64,000 nucleotides of DNA from Sphagnum compactum (Eukaryota), in NCBI GenBank assembly GCA_965153455.1, contig OZ234493.1, forward strand, positions 21,256,213-21,320,212. The letters run 5' to 3'. Every line of letters begins with the position of its first letter. Position 1 is the first letter of the stretch. Below are positions 1-12,304 of this stretch, in pieces. The position numbers were made by a program, and so were the translations under genes. A model generated the notes under the pieces. The model saw only the letters and a program-made list of their open reading frames with translations. It had not been told where the DNA came from and did not search any database.

Positions 1-1845
1 AAGTCCCAAAAGCGAATATAAAATTTGACTTCTACACCAATTAGTCTTGGCAACTTATCAATAACCATACATTTGGCAACATGAATTAATTCATCTTTAA
101 TTAAGGGATCAACCATATTCATGTTCATGGCTAGGCCACATATTAAAGAAAAGTCTTTAACACCTATTATTTGATTGTATGATCAGATTTTAGAGATGGT
201 TGTTCCTTGTATAACTTCCCGTAAAAGTGTATGCACACCCAAGGTAACACCTTTGAGCTCTCCATGATTGAATCATCCTATTTTTTGAGGTGCAACGAAC
301 AAAGATTTGGGTTTCTTTCACACCAAAATAGAAATTTTTTGGACATGGTGTTTCCCTTGTGTCACCATTTAATTTTCATTTCGATTTATTACCCTTCTTG
401 CATTGTTTTCATGAGCTTTTAGCAATGTGTGTAGCTTATTAATTTGGGATTGTTCATTAGATTAGAAGAATAGGATTATGAAGTAAATTTTCATCATAAA
501 CTTTCAATATCACGAAATTTCAATAAAATTCATGTAAAAATTGTAAAACAATATGTATGTGCAAAATTCATGGGCTTCAAAGTGTAAAAATGACATAGAA
601 AAAAAAGTTTTTATATAAATGGTGTGTATTTTCTACTTATGATGTTTTGATGTGGAGTATGTACAATTTACATTTCAACTAGATATGTACAATTATCATG
701 ATGTAATTTTGTATAAAATTATGCAATTTTAATGTATTAAATATGAACATTCACGTATGTCATTAAAAAAAAAAGTCTCATGTGTTTGAATATTTAAGAT
801 ATTCAATATGTACAAATATTGTTCATATTGACCATAACATGGGATTCATATAATTTTTTTATGAACCTATGAAAATTTAATTTCACACAAAATTTATACA
901 AACCTACAAAACTTGGTATGTTTGTGATGTGTTTCATCCACTTCCCATCTTAACTAAGTATTCTTTGCTTTGAAAACCTCTGAACATTTTGTACAAGAAA
1001 TTCACATCAACTATAACAAATTATATCCTCTTAAGGCCTATATTTACATAATCTTGTCAACTAACATTCATCTTCTTAATGTTTTGCCTCTTTATGCTAG
1101 TTTCAATTTCTAAAACTCTAAAAATTGGGCAATGATTTGAGTGTGAGTTGTCCCCATGAATTTTGTACTCCATGATGTTGTTCAATTTGATATTAGATAG
1201 TTGCAAAACTTTGAGGGAGTAAACTTTATACAATCAAATGAGGAATATTCTTTGGTCATTTTCCTTATTATTACCCTATGAATAAATGGGACCACTTGTC
1301 TTTGAAAAAAATCCTCCGCTATGATAGTCTTTTTTATTTTTTCACAAAGTTCCTGTTCATAAAGGGGCATCACATGGTTGCATGTAGAAAATTTATTTGT
1401 TGCCACCTCAACCATATTGAAGTCCATAAAAATGGTCCACTTACAATTTTGGAAGAAATTTTGAAACAAATCTCTCCAAATATCACAACATTATTGAGGG
1501 TCACATCACCATTAAAAAGGTTATATAACTTAACCTAAACTACTTTATTGTTTTGGAAATGGCATGCATCTTTGATGAAGGTGTTCGAGTTCTAATGTGT
1601 GAAGATTTCATCCTTCATTTCCTAATTCCAATTGGGGCATTATTATGTTGTTCTCTACTACTAGTTTTTAAATTGAAGTCCTATTGGTCAAAGTTTGAAA
1701 TCTAATTCCTTAGTTGGGACACCTCTAAGTTTGTGTTCTTGAATGAGAAGAAAATCTACTATCAAGGTGTGCATTTCCTAATTTAGCTTTTCAAGTTAAC
1801 AATTACATTTGGGTCATTTAAGCTTCTAACATTATAAGAAAAAAT
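1..1845 (-). mobile_element. Decayed L1/Tx1-type LINE ORF2 (APE endonuclease plus start of RT), running off the window start
   Basis: Minus-strand translation gives motifs in the expected order: SYNVRSLND (~1839-1813), QEHKL (~1741-1727), KWTIFMDFNMVE (GDFN motif, ORF 1182..1469), then KLPRLIGVEVKFYIRFWD (~57-4, like KSPGxDG..EFY..FW). Many stops and frameshifts; AT-rich insert at ~480-910. Confidence 0.7.
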
Positions 1846-2149
1846 CTTTATATTCATGAAGAAACACTTTTATAAAAAATACAAAATGTTCTTAACCTTA
1901 TATTGGGATAATTCATCTACAAGATATTCCACAAGTCATAGAAACCTCTACTTGATTTTGGGAGGTACTCCTTTGTAGGAGGTGCGTTTTAGAACATGTT
2001 AATGTTTTAGTTTTAAAAATTATATTATTGAATTTTAGGCAGCTATAACTACCCCTTGTCCATGCACATTACAACTAAATGTGGATATCTTGGGAAATCA
2101 AGTTAAAAGATGAAAAAATTGAAAGTTTGATTCAAAATGCACTTGAAAG

Positions 2150-4125
2150 ATTGATTGTGTTGTTGTCGTTGCTAGTATGTGTTGTTCAAACAACTACTAT
2201 ATGAAGAATATTGTTGTTCAATTATGTTGTGTTTGTTGCTTAGCTCTATTATTATTCAGCTTAGTTGTTACAACCGCCTAATTCTTATTAATTGATGCTA
2301 CCCAGCTACTATGTTGTTGATGGTCAAATATGTTATGTCGTTGTGTTACTATTAATTTGTTGCTAGTGAGGTATGTGCTACTATTGTGTTGTTGGTGGTG
2401 TTGTTGTTGTTGTGCTATTGCCATTATGTTACTAATGTTGGTTAGGTATGTGCTATTGCCATTGTGTTACTAATGTTGGTTAGGTATATGCTATTAGTGT
2501 GTTGTTGTTGTTGTTGTTCTACTATTGGTCAGGTATGTGTTATTGTCATTGTGTTGTTGCTACTAGTCAAGTATGTGCTACTATTGTGATGCTATCGTTG
2601 TGCTATCGCTATGTTGTTGTTGCTAATAAAGTATGTGTTGTTGCTACTTTACTATTAATCAGGTATGTGCTATTGTGTTGCTATAGCTTTACTACTGGTC
2701 AAGTATGTGTTGTTGTGTTGCTGATGCCACTTTTCTACTGGTTAAATATGTGTTATTGTTGTGTTACTATCGTTATGTTGTTGTCTTACTCTACTACTGG
2801 TCAAATATGTGTTACTGTTGTGTTGCTAGCCAAGTATGTTATGTTATTACTATTGTCGGAAGGAAACATTTCGAATACCTCTTCCTCTTTTCTTATAGCT
2901 CCTACCACCTGCACACATTTGAGATTACAAAGGAGAGCAAGACCATGAAAGAAGGAACATCAAAAATTACAAATTGCCTACACACACAAGAGAAGACAAA
3001 GGGGAACAAAATTGGAATAGAAGAAGGCAATGATGAAGAACATGGGGGGGGGGGGGGGTGGGGCAAGTGGGGTTGGACTTTGGCCTTGTTCACCTAAAAA
3101 TAAAGGTGACAATGAAGGAGAAAACGACAACAACCAAGTTATTCGTTATTGCTATCACCTCTTGCACACAAGAAAGGAGAGAGGGGAATAAGATTGTAAG
3201 GGGGGGGGAAACACTAGGAAACAAACACAAATCAAAACCAAGAGCAAAACCACAAAAATGTATGGCAATGGTGAAAAGGGTTTGTTCACCTGAACAAAAA
3301 CATAATGATGAAAAAGAATTTGATGACGACCATTGTTGCTCCCACCTCCTGCACAAAAGAGAGGAGAGAGGGGAGTAAGACCGCAGGGGGAAGCACAAAA
3401 AAATAAACACAAACCAAAACCAAGAGCAAAATCACAAGAGGGTGCAACAATGGTGAAGAGGTTTATTCACTTGAAGAAAAACTCGATGATGATCGCCACT
3501 ACTTTCACCTCTTGCACATAAGAGAAGAAAGAGGGGAGCAAGATCGCAAGGGGGGAAGCACCACAAAACAAAATGTAAACCAAAACTAGGAACAAAAGCA
3601 GAAGAGTTTGCAGTGATTGCAAAAAGGTCTTGTTCACATGAAGAAGATGGCCAAGAGCCAAAAGGTCTTACTCACCTAAAAAAGAAGGCAACGACAATGA
3701 AGAAGGTAACAATGACTATTGCCGCTCCTGCCTCCTACACACAAGAAAGGACAAAAGGGAGTAAGACCATGGGGGGAAGCACCAGAAAACAAGTGCAAGC
3801 CAAAACCAAAAGCAAAACCACAAAAATGTGTGACAATGGTGAAAAGGTCTTGCTCACATAAAGCCGATGCTTGTGAGCTTGCAGCGATGGCACAAATGTG
3901 CGCATACACACAAAACACAAGTTGTTTATAGACGATACTAAACGTGCAAAACCTAAACCCTAAATCATTTACACGAATTTTACACAATCCCAACAAAATA
4001 CATAGGGCTGTGTAAGTGTAACTCTAATTTTTTTACACGACTAACGTATAAGTGTAAATTTATAAAATATTTCTTGCACTGTGTGTAAGTGTAAATGATT
4101 TACACTTATAGCTTACACTTACACG
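2150..4125. repeat. Degenerate repeat element: GTT/CTA low-complexity tract (2150-2860), ~180-220-bp degenerate repeats (3090-3860), and a TGTAAGTGTA cluster (4010-4125)
   Basis: AAAACCAAGAGCAAAACCACAAAAATG...ATGGTGAAAAGG-like blocks recur at ~3235, 3417, 3580 and 3803. ORFs here are low-complexity artefacts. Confidence 0.6.
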
Positions 4126-4670
4126 ATATATACAATGCATATACATGCCATATACCCTTTACACGCACAACACTGCCAAAGACCAGCCCAAAAAACCCAA
4201 CCAACAAACAAACAAGAAACAAAGAAGGTGAAAACTGAAGCTTCATTGTCATCCTCCAACCTGTTTTTCATTCATCTCATGCTCTTGCATGCCTATGCAC
4301 ACTCTTTCTTCTCTCTCTTCTCTCTTCTCTCTCTCTCTCTTTGTGATCTCACCCAAGAACCAGCATGGGACTGTAAGAGCATCTCCAGCAGTGTTCAGTA
4401 TGTGACCCTGCAAAACATATATAATATATATATATGTATTTCTCACATCCAAGTTCAGTTATTTACTTTTTCTCAACCTCAGCCATCAAACTATAAAAAC
4501 TGGGAGCTGAAAAAGGAAAGTACACAGGGACTCATGAACTTTTACTTGATCATTGCTGCCTGACCTTTTTTCTTTTCCCATGTTCTCCAGCCTTTTTTCC
4601 AATTCCCTCCTTCCCTGATAAAAACCTAAAAAGGTTTTCGGGGGTTTTTGTTTGTTGGTCCTCTCCCCCT

Positions 4671-4677
4671 TATAAAA
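4671..4677 (+). promoter_or_regulatory. Probable TATA box of the coiled-coil gene
   Basis: TATAAAA followed by a CpG-containing, (TCC)n pyrimidine-rich leader and a donor AAG|GTACGT at 4894. A ~1.8-kb 5'UTR intron probably ends at TGCAG| 6705. Confidence 0.55.
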
Positions 4678-4963
4678 CTCTAGCAGATCTGTCGGGGCGG
4701 AGCTTCAACCACCTCCCCTCTCTCCTTTCTCCTCCTCCTCCTCCTCCTCCTCCTCTCGCTCTCTTCTCCAGCGACAGACAGACAGACAGACGGTTTTGTG
4801 GACGGTGGTGCTTTTTGGTTTCTTCCCTCCTGCCTGCCGTTTTGTTGGTGATCTGTGCTGTCGATCAATCGGAGCTTGAGAAAAAAAAGAAAGGTACGTG
4901 AATGAGTGAGTGAGTGAGTGAGTGCGTGAGTGAACTCGATCGATATTTTGAGAGAGACGGGAA

Positions 4964-4968
<5 letters not shown>

Positions 4969-5005
<37 letters not shown>
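4969..5005. repeat. (CT)n microsatellite; others at 27541-27580 (CT/CA), 46773-46804 and 47043-47061
   Basis: Direct reading; all lie in or near gene 5' regions or leader introns. Confidence 0.95.
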
Positions 5006-5008
<3 letters not shown>

Positions 5009-6822
5009 TGATGTTACATTTTCTTTTTGGTTGTCCCCAACCATCCTGCCCCTCTTTCTTGCATTTTGGGTTCTGGAGATTTTGTTTTTTGAGGTGGGTT
5101 TGTTTCTCTGCCGTTTTTGTACTTCTGAGGCATGCGAGATCCATGATTAGTATTGGGTATTGATCTCTCTCTCTCTGGATTGGGTTTTTCTTTTCTCGTG
5201 TTTGGAGATTGGGGGTACATCAGATCTTGTGAGATTTTGGCGGGGGTTGATTTGATTGTCTCTGATCATTGTATATTTTATGAGAGATTTTTTTTTTGGG
5301 TCATGTTGACGAAAATGGGGTTTTTGGGTATCTGTAGAGATAGGTGGATTTGCGAGAGATTGTTGTCTCTCTTTGCTCATTTTCCGATTTTAAGCAATCA
5401 TGTCGTGCAACATATCTTCTTAGAATTTTTGCGAGAATTTCTTTGTTACTTCTAAGGGGAAAAACAAAAATTAAAAAAAAGCTTTGGCGAAAACGAGAGA
5501 TGGTGAACTGGACTGCTGCAGTCGCATTAGATTGGCGATGGTCTCTGTTACCCAGAACAACAACGGTGTCTGTATCATTTAATACTTTGTAGAATAACAG
5601 GATCTCTGAGCTGATTCTTAGAATTCTTGTTGTGAATTTTGACCAATTTCTCTGGCCTGTGAGAGATCTGATGACTATACTTCTCCTAGCTTGCTGAACC
5701 TGTGCAGAAAATGTTTTTGGAATTTTCTTCTGCAGATTTTTTCTTCTGAAGTGACACTTGATGATGTTGCTCGATTTTCTTCATCTTGTGGGTGTGAGAT
5801 CTGGCATGTAAAAATAGTATGTTGTCTGACCCCGCATATATCTCTGTTCTCTATCATGTCTGGCAGATCTGGAAGATGGGTCTTCTAATGTCACATTTGG
5901 CTGACCAAGGGCTACATGATCTTAAATACAAAGATATGATTGTGGGAAACATATTGGATGCTTCTGAGAGCATCTACATGGTAAGGTGGAAGGGGAGATA
6001 CATTTCTGTTCTTGTGAGAGTTGTTGGTTTCCTTTGGGTAACTAAGGCGAGCCAAGATCTTCTCAAGCCATAGTTTTCCTGTAGATTTTAGTCATATGCT
6101 CAGAAACAGGGTCTGAAATTTATTAGAGTCCAACTAAGATATCAAAACTAGAGCTTTGATTGTCAGTTGTGATGAACATTTTGGCATCATCAGTGGGGAG
6201 GCACGTTGGATCTTGCTAGAGTAGATGAGACTCAAACCTGAACATGCCAGAGATCAGAATGTTTGAAACTGAGGACTTGTTGAGGCTTGGGTTGTATGCA
6301 ATCGAGTTCTATGTGAAGTGTGTTGGACTTATATGGTATGCAGTCATTGTTATGGTCATTGCAGTGGCTCTCATTGACTCCCCTAAGAAATTTTGACTAT
6401 GAGCCCATCCATTGGGGATTAGATAGGGCCAAATCTTTTCTCTCATGTTGAAAAAACTCTTGAGTAACATCGATCTGCAATTCATTTTTTTGGTCATATA
6501 CTTCACACGTACCTTTTTGTAGAGTGGCTGATGATGCATGGATGCAGACAATCTGTTGGTTGATGAGTGATTGGCATATGTACCTCACAGTATTGTTGGT
6601 GGGTGCCTTCTGCTGTGTTGCTCAAATACATACACTACTTTTGAGTAGACCCATTTGTGGGGAACAGACTTATGATACATGTGTGACATGCTTTGCTTGG
6701 TGCAGGTGGCTTCCTGACATTCTGAAGCTGAAAGTGAAGTGAAAAACACCTCAGAGTACCTTTTGGGTGTTGCACCTTGTGCATCAATCTCTGAAAGAAA
6801 GTAAGCATAGTTTGACTTCGAA

Positions 6823-9800
6823 ATGGATAAGCCAAAGAGTAAAGAAAACCTTCGAGCTGCAGGCAAGAAACGAGTATGTGGCATATGAACCCCTTGAACT
6901 TGCAAAAGTTTAGCATCCTTGTGTATGTTGCTTCTTTGCAAGATGCTTTGATTTTCTTTCTTCTTCTTGTGGAAGGCTTAGGCAAAGGGGGCAAATGGTA
7001 GGAGGAAACAGTTGTCTTTGCCCTACAGGTTTTTTGGTCAATTCACGGAGTTAGTTGCATCTGCTGATCTCTTCTTCTTGCACCATCCCAGTTTGACGAA
7101 TATCGCCAAAAGCGTCAACAGAAAGGGAGCTCCAACACCTCAGTGAAGGCTTCTGCTGAAGACGAACAAAGCTCAGAACATCAAACGAGTGACTCTATTT
7201 CAGATACTGATGGTGATGACGCAGCCTCAGCAGGAATTGTCTCAACAGAGGAAGACGACAGTACCCTGACCACAGGATTTGCACTAGAAATTGGCAATCT
7301 TGAATCAACTTCACAGCCAAGGAGGGGCTCTATTGGCAGCAATGGTGATCTCCATGATAGTCAAGAGAGGTCAAGGTGGGGAGCAAGAAATGACGTAGAC
7401 TCGCACAAACAGCCTGATAGTAGGCTGGTGTTATATGAGGCAGATAGTGAGAGGGATGGTTGGAATGTCCCAGGGGGCTCACCCCGAAACTTTTCAGTTG
7501 AATCCACTCAGCTGGATGCAACATGGCGAGCAAGAAAAATGTGTGATAGGGTTGAGAAAAGCGATAGTAATATGCATCAGTGCAATCATGTACATGGTAG
7601 AACAGAGGAGGATTTGAGTTGCTCTTTGAGTGAGGACATGGACAGCAGAGATGGATTGAGTGCAAGGGACACTCCAAAGGGTGTGCTGGATGATATACAA
7701 AGCAACTGCTCAGGTGTTGAGGTAGTCTTCCGATAGCTCCACAAAATCTCCGTCCATTCTCAGCAGTGGTTTCACTATGTAGGTTCTATGTGTTCAGGGT
7801 TCAGGGTTTTAGTTCATCATATGTATGTGTGTCTCAGTCCGGATGTACTCTCTTGATTGTTGTGGGTTCTTATCACATTCCTGAGGACCTCACCCCAAGT
7901 CTAGGCAAAACAAAATCCATGGTTGACAGGAGCTAGTGTGGATGCAGGATGCGAACAGTGGATGCACACAAGAAGATGTGATGGCAGAGTCTAGCAGGAG
8001 CAGTATTACTCCAGATTTCAAACAGTCAGGTCCTGTGGAGTTTTGGGCTTTCAATAAATTTTTGCAACCTGTTGACGGAGATGAAGCTGTAGACAGTGGG
8101 ATGTTATTGACTCAGGAGGAATATCTGGAGCAGGAGCATTTTGCGCTGGTCAATGAGCTGAATAAGTCCCATCGAAAACTTGAAGCAAGTTTGCGAGAAA
8201 AGGGAAATGAGGTAAAAGATTTTATGAGTAAAGTAGGAACACTCAAGGCACAGATGGCGCAATGGCAAACCCATGAGCCGGAACAGGTGCCTCCTCCAAT
8301 GCCAGAAGCCCAACTTGAAGGGTTGGAAAGACCAAAATCACAACTGCAAGGAACAAACCATGACGAAAAATGGAGTGTGGTTGCATGGCCTGAGAACTTG
8401 AGATCACAAACAGAACAAACAGCTGATGTGAGGGAGCAGCTTTTGTCTATAGACGAAGCTTCTGAAGGCAAGGTTGATTGCCTCACCATGGAAATGGCAA
8501 GGCTCCAACAGCAGGTACCTCAGGTCACACGGTACATGTTCTTGGTGTCATGAAATGGGTTGAGCTAGAAAACCATGGATGCATCTTGTGCAAGAAGAAT
8601 GGTGCTAATGTTCCATGCACAAAGACAAGAGACCCATGTCTTTGTCTTTGAGGCTTCGTACTTTCTTCACGTTTGCAGGGTTATGATGCATTTCTCTTTT
8701 TGCCGTGCAGTCTAAAGATGAGGTTGACAGCATGCGGGAGGAAAGATCACAGTTGGTGGCTCAGCTTCAGACAGCTCTGGAGCAAATACAAGCAGTGACT
8801 GAACGTGAAGCCCTTCTTGCATCTGAATTGAAAGGGCTTCAAGAGAACAAAGACCATGAAAAGGCTATGTTTGCTTCAGAGATGTGGAATTTGCCACCAC
8901 TGCAAGACTCAGGGGAAGAAGGTACTTTGCTGGCAACCAGTGTCAATCCTCCACCCTCACAGTTGAAGAAGGTTGCTGTGCTTCGTGAAGAGGTAGGGTT
9001 AGCCAGTGAGGTTGACAAATTGGTTGCAACTGAATGCAAGGAGCATGCTGAAGGCTTGGGTGATGAAAAGAAGCAGCTTGAGACTCTGTCTGTGATGGAT
9101 GGTTTGAGGCAACATGTCCAAAGGCAAGAGGAGAAGAAAACACAGCACGCAACTTCACTTTGTGAATCTTGCCAATCACTGCAAGAAGACTCGGTAGCTG
9201 AAGCTTCACCGGCAGATGTGACTGACATGAGAGAAGAAGAAATAGTGCAACAGGATCTGCAGAGGTTGGATATCAAAATTGGAAACACAGAAGAATCACA
9301 GGAGGAGGAGGAGAAGGAGGAGAAGGATGAGGAAGTAACTGACTCCTTCAGCAAGGTCATGAAGCTTCAGCAGCAGCTAAAGGAGCTGGAAGAAGAAAAT
9401 GCAAACTTGGCCAGCAGATTGCAAGCAGCAGAACAGCTGCTAAAGGTACACAGTGATGAGAATGAACAGTTAAGGAATCAGTTAGAAACCATTCTACAAG
9501 AGCAAAAGATGAGGGAGGTAGAGATTTCCAGTGAGCTTCGAACATGGAAGGAACATGCTGATAGTCTTGAGGTTGAGAAGCTTAGAAATCTTTCTGTCAT
9601 AGAGGAATCCTATCAACATCTGCAGAGACTGGAAGAGGAGAACAAGGAGCTAGCAACCGGCAGCGGTGAATGTGCTCAGTCACTGCAAGCTGCATTGCAA
9701 GAGATTACACAACTGGCAAATGAAGTAGACAAGCTGGAGCAGGAGAAAGATTTGCAGATAGGGAAGACATGGGTGCAGGCAGCAGAACTTCAGAAAGCTC

Positions 9801-12304
9801 AGGAGCAATTACAAGCTGCTTCTGAGCGTGATATTCATCATGGGTCTGAACTCAAAGCGCTGGATGTGGAGAGGGTTGAGCTTCAATCCAAGGTGCAAGA
9901 GCTGCAGCTACAGTTGCATGGATTGAATGACGAAAATGTCCATGTGGTTGCAGAACTGAGGGAATTGGGTCAGAAGCTGGAAGCTTTAGCTGCTGAAAAG
10001 AAATTGCTTGCTACAAATGTTGATCAACTCATCGAAGAGAGACAGAAAAGGGAGGCAGAGATTGCAGAGGAGCTGGCCACATGGAAGGAGCATGTGCAGA
10101 ATTTGGAGGCAGAGAAGATGGAGTTTTTGTCTTCAGCTGAGGATTTGAATCAGCAGATATGGAGGCTCGGAGAGGACAAGAAGAAGCTCATCAACGAATC
10201 AAACCAATCACTGCAGGAGCTATGGGGTGAGAATGCTACGTTGAAGAAGGAAATTGGCAAACTGGAAGCGGAGAAAGATAGACACGATGGTGAGAGATTG
10301 GAACTGGTGGCTGGGTTACAGACAGTGTGGGAGAAGTTACAGGCAGCTAATGAACGTGAGACATTTCTTACAAAAGAGGTGACAGGGCTTCAAGGATGGA
10401 GAGATGCAGAATTGACTGGTTATGTTGCCAAGGTACGAGAGCTTGAGCAACAGTTGCAAGAACTGGGAGAAAAATCTGATGTTGCAGTTGCAAAATCTCT
10501 TGAAACTTCGCATAAGCTGGATGAGTTGCAGATGGACAATGTCAAATTGAAAAATGAGGTTTCTGAACTTGTGCAAGAGAGAGGAAGGAGGGAGGAAGAA
10601 ATGGCTAGGGAACAGGCAACATGGAAGGAGAAATTTGAAGCTGAGAGATCCAATCTTCAGTTGGAAAATGAAAATCTGAAGTCAGTAAGTGAAGATTTGC
10701 ACAAACAGCTAGAGAGATCAGGAGAGGAGATCAAACAATGGGGGATGAAGTCTGCTGAATTCAGCCTGATGCTTGAGGAGCTACAGGAAGAGAAGACACG
10801 GTTGGTGGGTGAACTTGACAAATTGGAGGAGGTCAAAGAACGACAGGAAGGGGAGAGACTGGAACTGGCAGCTGATCTTCAGAAGGCGTGGAATCGTTTG
10901 CAGGAAGTGGGTACAAGTGAAAGTAATCTGACATCCGAGCTTCAAGTACTTAGAGAGGACACAGAGAAGGAAAGGGTCAAGTTTGCTGGGGAGGTCCACG
11001 ATCTTCAGCAGCAGCTACAGAAACTACGAGAAGACAACCATCAATTGCTGACCAGAGTGCAGGGGTTGATGCAAACACTGGAGGAGCTACATGATGCAAA
11101 GGTAAACTACTATGGGTCTTGATGGTCTGAAACTTTAGGGTTTACGGTTTAAGGGTAAGCATCTCTCGTAAGGTTATGACCACACCCATTGTTGTGTTAC
11201 CTTCACAAAGTGTCGTTGTGGAGATTTTCTCTGCAATCTCCAGAGATATGTTGATGGGAATGTGTTCTACCCATTCTGCAGGAACTACAGGAAGCGAATT
11301 CACGGCTAGTTATCGAGGTTGCTAAGCTGGAGCAAGAGAAGGTTACCATCGACGCAGAAAGGGTGGAGCTCCTGGGGGAGATGCAGGCACTTAAGCTTCA
11401 GATAAAGAACGTGGAGAGGGACAAAAGCAAGCTGGCATCTGACATCGAAGAACTGAATCAATGGCTCCACCGACCTGCTGCTGAGAAGAGACACTTGGCA
11501 ACGAAGCTGGATGAAGTGACGCAGTTGCTGCAGAGATTACAAGTAGAGAACTTGGAACTTGTCAGTAAGGTTGAGAAGCTTGAACAGGAAATAGGAAGAA
11601 TAAAGGAAGAGAATGGGATACTGAATCTTCAGGTTGGTAGGCTGGAGGAAGAAAGAAGCAGCTTGATTTTGGAGTGTGAAGAATCACATCTCCAGCTGCA
11701 GCAGCTGGAAGAGGAGATGGCAAGCCTTGCGGACTCTAGTAATCTGGTGCAGGAGCTGGGTGGAGAAATTAGCACCTTGAAAGCTCATGTCTTCATGCTA
11801 GTGGAGGACAAGGGAAACTTGACACTGGGAACAGAGTTGGATGCAGTGACACAGGTGCTGCAGAGGTTGCAAGTGGACAACTTTCAGCTAGTCAGTAAGG
11901 TTGACAACCTTGAACGAGAGATAGAAACAAGAACAGATGCAAATAAGACACTGAATCTTCAGCTTCAGAGCCTGGAACATGAAAGGAGCAGGTTCATTTC
12001 TGAGCATGAAGATTCACATCTCCAGTTGCAGCTGCTGGAAGAGGAGATGGCAAGCCTTACAAAATCTAGTAGTCTGGTGCAAGACCTTGGGGAGGAAATG
12101 AGCATCTTGAAATCTAATATCTTCAGGCTGGTGGAGGAGGAGGGACACAGGTTGTCTGATGGAAGGGCATTATTACATGAGCAGATGCCGGATGTGAACC
12201 ATGAGAGGGACCAACTTTTGTCTGAGAACATCACAGTAAGGGAACATCTACAAGAGCCAGAGATCAATGAGGAACACCTTGATTGCAGACCAGAAGAAGA
12301 TTAG
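6823..12304 (+). CDS. Large coiled-coil protein (~1553 aa), golgin/TNO1/BLISTER/pericentrin-like N-terminal motif; exons 6823-6873, 7092-7721, 7948-8514, 8711-11101, 11282-12304
   Basis: All junctions are GT-AG and phase 0, and join ORFs 7143, 7936, 8705 and 11363 in frame. N-terminus MDKPKSKENLRAAGKKR|FDEYRQKRQQKG, then an acidic disordered region and E/L/Q-rich heptads. Exon 3 has an alternative in-frame donor at 8524. Confidence 0.8.

Noticed and set aside
2499..3996. Cluster of 60-150-aa ORFs
   Set aside because: Low-complexity products of degenerate repeats in several overlapping frames.
8104..12267. Minus-strand Ser-rich ORFs
   Set aside because: Antisense shadows of E/Q/L-rich coiled-coil exons.
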